Origin: Octopus vulgaris
Lineage: Eukaryota
NCBI GenBank assembly: GCA_951406725.2
Contig: OX597825.1
Coordinates: 33,666,001 to 33,730,000, forward strand
DNA length: 64,000 bases
Direction: 5' to 3'
Shown here: piece by piece, positions 56,332 through 64,000 of the stretch
How the letters are laid out: each line of letters begins with the position of its first letter
Numbering within the stretch: position 1 is the first letter of the stretch
The notes under the pieces: generated by a model
Databases searched by the model: none
What the model saw: only the letters and a program-made list of their open reading frames with translations
What the model was told of the DNA's origin: nothing
Program-made: the position numbers and the translations under genes

Positions 56332-56508
56332 GGCGTAGGAGTGGCTGTGTGTTAAGTAGCTTGTTTACGAACCACATGGTTCCGGGTTCAGTCCCACTGC
56401 GTGGCACCTTGGGCAAGTGTCTTCTACTATAGCCTCGGGCCGACCAAAGCCTTGTGAGTGGATTTGGTAGACGGAAACTGAAAGAAGCCCGTCGTATATA
56501 TATATATG

Positions 56509-56589
<81 letters not shown>

Positions 56590-56789
56590 CTGTGTTTCTG
56601 TGTTTGTCTTCCCAACATCGCTTGACAACCGATGCTGATGTGTTTACGTCCTCGTAACTTAGCGGTTCTGCAAAAGAGACCGATAGAATAAGTACTAGGC
56701 TTACAAAGAATAAGTTGATTTGCTCGACTAAAGGCGGTGCTCCAGCATGGCCACAGTCACATGACTGAAACAAGTAAAACAGTAAAACA
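56332..56789 (+). mobile_element. SINE family A, full-length
   Basis: Colinear with 30233-30697. Confidence 0.9.
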
Positions 56790-57120
56790 TACATATATAC
56801 TTATATATACACTATATATACATGTATAAATATATATACAAACATATTCATACGTATACATATACACATACACACTCACGCATACACACACACACATACA
56901 CACACACGCGCGCACACACACACACGTGCCCACACGCACACTCGAGGGTCGGTTGAAAAGTCCATAGGCTGACCAAGATGTTCTCATTGAAAGTGACCAA
57001 AAACTGATACAGCAAAACACCTTTCGCCAGTTTTGCTGGCGTTTCGTCGTGATAGCCTTTTGTAACTGCCTCACCAAGTTGACACAGTACTCTCCTTCCT
57101 CGCCTCATTTAATATTCTGC

Positions 57121-57174
<54 letters not shown>

Positions 57175-57178
<4 letters not shown>

Positions 57179-57315
57179 AGCAGTTCCTCTTGATTTCTCC
57201 CTTCATCATTTTTGCTCTTCGGGCAGTAGTTTCTTTTCCAGAAAATTATACTTCATCTGCTATAAGGCCAGTTAGCAATTTCCAGAGTAATGGTAAGCAA
57301 GTAATAGGTCTCGTC
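57175..57315 (-). mobile_element. R4/Dong-type RT fragment next to (GAA)n
   Basis: RPITCLPLLWKLLTGLIADEV is an RT subdomain motif of R4/Dong elements. Confidence 0.75.
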
Positions 57316-57498
57316 TTCTTCTTCTTCTTCTTCTTCTTCTTCTTCTTCTTCTTCTTCTTCTTCTTCTTCTTCTTCTTCTTCTTCTTCTTCTTCTTCTTCT
57401 TCTTCTTCTTTGTTTTGCCACAGGTCATTGAAATGATCTGTGTACGTATATTTATACTTATGTATGCACACATGTATGTATGTATGTATGTATGTATG

Positions 57499-57529
<31 letters not shown>

Positions 57530-57929
57530 GATCGGCTATTTATGAAGGCTGCAATTTTATTCGTGATATAAATTTCGTTTCAGCTATAAATGACAACCAA
57601 TTTAAATCCAGCCAAGTTCAAATTACTTATATAGATAGACAGAGTGCCTGAAGTAGTATACATGATAAATCTATTTTAAATAACAAATCTCTCAAACGTC
57701 AAACTCTCACTATCTTATTGTGTGCTCACGGCCTTCTTTCGAGAAGTGGTTCTAAATGCCAGGCTAGAGAAGCTTGGGTGGCCACTTCAGAAAGCCTGAG
57801 CATGGTTGTGTTACTTTATTGCCACACAAACACACGTACATGTATATATAGATATATATATAATTCTTTTATTCTTTTACGTTTTAGAGCGCTCCTTAAA
57901 AATCCAACAATTGTTTCAATTGCATTAAC

Positions 57930-58314
57930 CTATACATACATACATACGTACATATATACGTACATACAAACATACATACATACATACATACATACATACA
58001 TACATAATACATACATACATACATACATACATACATACATACATACATACATACATACATACATACATGCATGCATACATACATACCTACATACCTACAT
58101 ACATGCATGCATACATACATACATACATACATACATACATACATAATACATGCATACATACATACCTACATACATACATACATACATACATACATACATA
58201 CATACATACATACATACATACATACATACATACATACATACATACATACATACATACCTACATACATACATGCATGCATGCATACATACATACATACATA
58301 CATACATACATACA

Positions 58315-58342
<28 letters not shown>
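57930..58342. repeat. (CATA)n tetranucleotide microsatellite
   Basis: Seen directly, about 400 bp. Confidence 0.95.
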
Positions 58343-58345
<3 letters not shown>

Positions 58346-58605
58346 TCAAGTATACACATACCGATATATATGTATATGCATAATATTATTAGAATTAATA
58401 ATAATATATACGAAAAATTATATCAACACACCATTATTAAGGTAATCCAAATAGGTGAAATTCTAACTGAAAATCTGGAAAATTTTAGCTCTTAATAAAC
58501 GCTAACAAAAAGAAACGCCAAACCAAATTTAACTTTAGACATTCATTCATCCAACCAAGACTGACGTCATTGAATAACTAATTTAGTTTAGAAAGGTAAA
58601 ATATA

Positions 58606-59142
58606 AACAAGAGCAGTCAGAGAGCGCAAAGCTCAACCAAGGTAACACCAACGTCTTCTCAACGATTAGCCAGAGATGATTTTTAAAATGAAAACACAAA
58701 CGAGAATACTAAAAACCCGGAAAAAGTAAAAAACCCGGAAAAAATAATCCAGAATCCTGTCTGGATTATTCTATTCTAATGGTAGTCACGGAATGTGAAG
58801 GTGGCTGTAGAAAATTTAGTAACAGTAATAAATAGTTTATTCTTATCTAATTCACCATTCAAAAGAGTTACGGCCTAAAGAGAGATAAATGAGAAAGACT
58901 TGAAAGTTAACGTATGATCATAATCATGTAAAGTATATATAACAAATAATCTAGAATCCTTGTCAGATACCAGATCGATCCCCAAATCTAATCAGTTCGT
59001 GCCAGTCACGATACCAAACATCACCGAAAGTTTCATCTGAATTCATCCAGTGGTTCTTGAGATATCTTGTCCATGGACAAAGAAACAAATAAACAAACGC
59101 GACTGAAAACAATACTCCACCTTTGCTAAGGCAAACGTAAAA
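58606..59142. mobile_element. Helentron-associated non-autonomous element (HINE/DINE-like), interrupted
   Basis: aacaagagcagtcagagagcgcaaa at one end and gaaaacaatactccacctttgctaaggcaaacgtaaaa (terminal hairpin) at the other; the insert is flanked by duplicated aaataatc.agaatcct. Confidence 0.65.
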
Positions 59143-59287
59143 ATACCATACTAATTCCATATTTTCTGGCAATTTGAAATCTACATAGAAAAAGCCTAAC
59201 TTTGAAAACGAGTATATTTATCTACTAAAATTGATGACGTCACTGGATATCTAAAGAACAAAAACTGCAGTCAAGAATTCTACGTTA

Positions 59288-60548
59288 TCTATATATATAT
59301 AATTTTGTTTGTTTGTTTGTCTGTCTGTCTATTCCCTATGCATTCTCAAACGGTTCCACCAAATCAAATCAAATGTTACAAGGTAATAGTATTACACTCA
59401 GCGAGTGTCAACATGTAGCTTTTATTTTCGTTTGGATTGAAATAATATAACATTTTCTCGAAAATAATCTTTCTGTAGTCAACTATAGTAACGGACATTT
59501 TATACCACGACGACGGCGACGTCACATTTTGTATACGAGTGTGTATGTGTCTGTGAAGGTGTGTGTTTGCGCGTTCGTTACGTATGATATAGTAAAGAGC
59601 ATTTTTATACCACGACGACGACGACGTTACACCTCTATCATTCTCTCTTCATTCTATCAACCATTCTGTCTAGCGTTTACCGTTCTAACAATGTTTGGCA
59701 CCAAAAAAATATTACAGCTACTTTTATTGTTTACAATCTTCAGCACTGGTGTATTTGTGTACACCAACACAAACAAAATCTTAAAAAAGCTGAAAGGTCA
59801 AACAAAAACGCTGTACCGGTGTACCAGTAAATAACCATGTTGTAACGATTTCTGGTACCAAGAACATTATTACAGCTACTTTCATTGTTTACAAACTTCT
59901 GTATTTGTGTATCAGTAAATAACAATGGGTAAATATTTCGTAAAGGACCAGTTCATACCTAGGTGTGAAATCATTTTTTCCACAAGGTTTTTCGAATGCA
60001 TTCAACGTGTCTGACCTCCAAACCCGCTGCAAGCCACTTTTTTCCGGAAAAGAAAAGTGGTGGGGGAGGGGCGCCAAAAAGTTATTTCACAGCGAAATAT
60101 CGGCGGGTCCTTTATCACAAATAGCTGTTACGTGGTAGTAGGGCGTGCAAGAGATAGCAGCCAAATCTTTCCTTTTCTGGGGAAAAGAACCGTTTACGCA
60201 TGATTTCGATGTCACATTCGTTGAAAGTATGCGAAGTAACCTGGAAAAGAAAAAACAAAAACCCGCGAAACAGAACTCCGTTGGTAGGAAACTCCTAGGT
60301 CCCCACCACCCCTCCCCCATTCTTTTCTGGAAAAAGGTGGCTTACGGCGGGTTTGAAGGTCAGATACGCTGATTGCACTCGAAAAATCTCGTGGATAAAA
60401 ATTATTTGACACTGAGGTACGAACGGCTCTTTTACGAAATATTTACCTAACCATGCCCAGAAGGAAGGTGTCAAATTACACTGCAAGCAAAGAGTACTGT
60501 TTAAGGCTATTAGTTTATAACCCGAGTGAAACCGGGTCCTTCTGTTTG
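59288..60548 (+). mobile_element. non-autonomous Helitron with internal inverted repeat
   Basis: a|TCTATATATAT...(gtct)n 5' end; 3' hairpin cccgagtgaaaccggg followed by a degenerate CTAG (tttg)|t. Confidence 0.65.
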
Positions 60549-60659
60549 TGCTTAATATATAATTGAAGAATAAAAACTACCGATAATAATTCTACGTAAT
60601 GCTTAATAGAAACTTATATACTTTAACTCGCAACAATTAATTACCCATTGATATATTTA

Positions 60660-61090
60660 ATATAATAAACCCTTCTATAGGAATTAACCTTATTTTATAA
60701 TAACTGAAGAATTATTATATTCGACAATATACACAACCACCGAGGATCTTACTAGGTAATTAAAGAATGAAAATTACAGAAAAGACAACTAAATATCTAT
60801 TTATTTATTATAATAAACTCATATATAAGAATTAACCTTATTATATAATAATTGAAAAATTATTATAATAAATTACAATATGTACAGTTATTGATGACTA
60901 CGCCAGATAACTAAAGAATAAAAATAACAGATAAGATAATTAAATACCTATTTATTTTTATATTATACCCTTCAGTAGGAATTATGATTATTATATAATA
61001 ATTTTAAAAATTACTATAATTAATAATATATACAATTCTTGATGACCTCGGCGGATAATTAAAAGAATAAAAATTATTGATAAGAATTCT
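60660..61090. repeat. AT-rich ~150-bp degenerate tandem repeat, about three copies
   Basis: gaattaaccttatt.tataataa.tgaa.aattattata...aaagaat.aaaat.acaga recurs at about 60680, 60830 and 60980. Confidence 0.75.
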
Positions 61091-61692
61091 ACGTTATGCA
61101 TAATCGAAGCTTCTAAAATGTGTGCCGAAATTCGAAGGATTATTTTGCTACAATGGTAAAACGTGTAACATGTGTTACAGAAGATGTGGGTTCGAGTTCC
61201 ATAGGTAAGCTTTCACTTTTTCCATCCAAGGTTTCCATCCAACATTTATTTACTATTATTTATAGCTCTATCTACTTCAAGGTGTACCGTTATAAACTAT
61301 TTATTTCATATCCATCGAAGATTCTAAATTCTTATGACCAAAACAAATTTGTATATTTCAATGAATTCTTGAACATCTTATAAAACGATGTTAATCTCCG
61401 TCTGTCTGTCCGTCTCAACATCTATTAGAAGGGAAGAAGGGGAGGAGTCAAAAGGGGAGATAACCCGTGCTACAACGTATATTTAGAAGGGGAGGAGAAA
61501 ATTGTTCTTGAGAGAGAAATACAATTAGAGAGGGAGAGTGAAAGATAGATAGATATGTATGTATGTGGGTAGGTAGGTAGGTAGTTGTCACCATAGAAAC
61601 TAACAAATTTTGATAAAAAACGTTGGAATTTTAAGTGCAAGTCTGTGAACAGAACGCAACACAGACTTCAAAAAACAATAAATATATATATG

Positions 61693-61731
<39 letters not shown>

Positions 61732-62071
61732 TTACGAGCAAAATGCCCACCGTCCAGTGTGTGTGTATGTGTGTGAGTGTGTGTGAGTGTGTAAGTGCGT
61801 GTGTGTTTCTCTATGTCTTTCAACATATAGACAACGTTAGACAGACTTTAAGAAAGAATTTCACTAAGACAGGTTGTTGTTGTTGTTGTTGTTGCTGCTG
61901 AGAGAAAGAGTGTGTGAAAGACAAAATACAAAATTTGTTTCAAGAAAGAAAAAAACAGGTTGTTGCTGAGCCTATCAATGTGATCATTGTTGTAGGCTTC
62001 TGCGGAAGGGTCTATTACATCTTGACTATTCAGAAATATTTATTAAAGGGGATAAATTAATCCCTCACCGT

Positions 62072-62134
<63 letters not shown>

Positions 62135-62345
62135 ACACACACATACACACACGCATCACATCATGTAACTTTTGCAAGAATTTCAAGCTAGAGTTTCTGA
62201 TTTGAGGATAGCTTTCTCCCTTCACTTTATCACTTTCGAAGCTCGTGGGCGTCACCCTATTTTCACTGATTAAGACTAAAACTTCGAATAAAAAAGAAAC
62301 AAAAAAAATCTGACAAACTAATTAAGAAATAATTTTCCCTTTTAC

Positions 62346-62490
62346 CTGACAAGAAAATCTGACTTTCGCACTGTCTTTAAAGGTTCTCCATCGATTACTT
62401 GGTGGGTAATGAGTCGACAAGAGGTGCCATTGGTCTGGGAAGTATTGACAAAACAGCCGATCGAATTCTCCATGCCATACCATCTCCATA
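62346..62490 (-). CDS. zf-3CxxC / RTP-like gene, first visible coding exon (MEMVWHGEFDRLFCQYFPDQWHLLSTHYPPSNRWRTFKDSAKVRFSCQ)
   Basis: Reverse complement reads ttttcttag|T ATG GAG ATG GTA TGG...TCT TGT CAG|gtaaa. There are 48 open codons from the ATG at 62489, an acceptor AG at 62492-62491 and a donor GT at 62345-62344. The W..F..LF...W.L and A.VRF.C pattern resembles the N-terminal part of the RTP zf-3CxxC domain. Confidence 0.88.
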
Positions 62491-62775
62491 CTAAGAAAAT
62501 AAAATGAAAAAATGTTTCCATATTCTTTCGTTGCAGATCGAAAAGAAATATTTTAAATGAAAGTAAAACATCTCAGTTTTAAACTGTTATCAATATCACT
62601 TCCACCTGTTACGTTTGTGGTCATGTGGAGTGACAGCGTGGGAGCAGTGGCAATGGCAAGTTAGAGATGTTTAGACACACATGAGTTTGCATACATGTAT
62701 ACATATATGTGAACACAAACGCCTGATTTCGTCCAGTAAAGAAACCGCGTAATTCTTATTACGTTACAACCCATA

Positions 62776-62852
<77 letters not shown>

Positions 62853-64000
62853 ATTCTATATAAATATTGATTTCTAAAAAGTTTCAGCCTCTGATTTAAA
62901 GCATTCATATGAAAAGAGATTAAATAAGATCGTTCGACATTTCTGCATTTTATTTTTCTCTTCTTCCATGTGTATTATGAAAAACATTCAAATTAATTTT
63001 CTACAACAGACCTCAAGAGACAAAGATATGATAAAGATTGTTAAGTAACGATTTTCGAAGCAAGACTGAACATCATTACCATTTAACTTTACTTTTAGAT
63101 TTTCGAAGTGCAATGTTACCAAGCACAAAAAGTGAATGTACGTATTGCCCAACAGAGGGTAGTGTTGTTGGCAAAATATAATGGCGACCGGAAGTCAACC
63201 TATTATAGCTGCAGCAATATACTAACAAAATTTCATTACTAAATGTACTTTGCAAATGTGTTATCGTATATAAGTGTATTTATCTGTTTATAGGTTTGTA
63301 CAAATAAATGAAGTGAAGTGAGAGCTTAAGCATACTGGGTAAAACAAAAACAGGGACACTTTACACAAATATGTAGTGTCTTAGTTGGTAATGTATATCC
63401 TCGGTATTAATAACATACGGTTAACGACCTTAACACCTGTTCAGCATTGAAACGTAATCTGTACTAAAGTAATGTAACCCTAAAGTTTCATGTTGCCTTG
63501 AAACTATTGCAATCCACTCCATTGAACTAGAAATACATATTCAACATGTTACAAAATTTAAGAAAAGAAAAACATTTTCCAATGTTCCCAAGACAAACTT
63601 TGCCAATTATTTCAGAGGCAGTTTGAAGAGTTTAGATTATGACAGTATCGAACATAAATATAGTAGGTTTGACTACATCCAGTATTTTCAACATCAGAAA
63701 CAACCACAGTAGGGTTAAAACGACGAATAGTAACCGACGACACTTAGGAAATCAGTAACATTTTCGAGTTATCTCCCCTAAGATAGTGTGTACCCATGAC
63801 AGCTAACTTTATAAGGGATTCAATCACTTCCAATTTAAGTTGAGGCATATTTCAAAATTTGGAATTTACATAAGAGTTAAGAAGGTGTATAGAGCATATA
63901 CATATAATTCATATGCATATAATTTTATCCCTACATATTACAACGTTATTGGTAGCCACGTATAACACTATTCCACCTTCCTTTAGAGTTATCAGCATAG

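Noticed and set aside
62600-63200. Upstream exon of the RTP-like gene
   Set aside because: Blocks at about 62606-62660 and 63120-63200 have AG/GT candidates, but none gives a convincing phase-2 donor or recognisable sequence.

Overview
AT-rich, repeat-dense eukaryotic (metazoan) DNA with no prokaryotic operons, rRNA or CRISPR arrays. The abundant microsatellites and the particular tRNA-derived SINE families point to an octopus (coleoid cephalopod) genome; this is inference. Almost every ORF in the supplied track is a microsatellite or transposon artefact. One real spliced gene is hidden on the minus strand: three coding exons (62490-62346, 55712-55542, 51039-50875) joined by canonical phase-0 GT-AG introns. 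They give a 159-aa zf-3CxxC protein of the RTP (receptor-transporting protein) type with no C-terminal transmembrane anchor, and an upstream exon is probably missing. The rest is layered decayed mobile DNA: Penelope-like elements with hammerhead-like motifs, Helitrons and a Helentron-associated element, mariner, DD37D, pogo, hAT and piggyBac remnants, RTE and R4/Dong-type LINE ends, BEL/Pao fragments, a clean solo LTR and several SINE families. The most unusual observations are the anchor-less RTP-like gene, hammerhead-like motifs with a shared non-canonical core (one lies sense inside an RTP intron), SINE multimers joined through a recurring palindromic junction inside a single TSD, and an apparent CpG-decay boundary near 17-18 kb. 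All family assignments come from visual motif recognition, not database searches.
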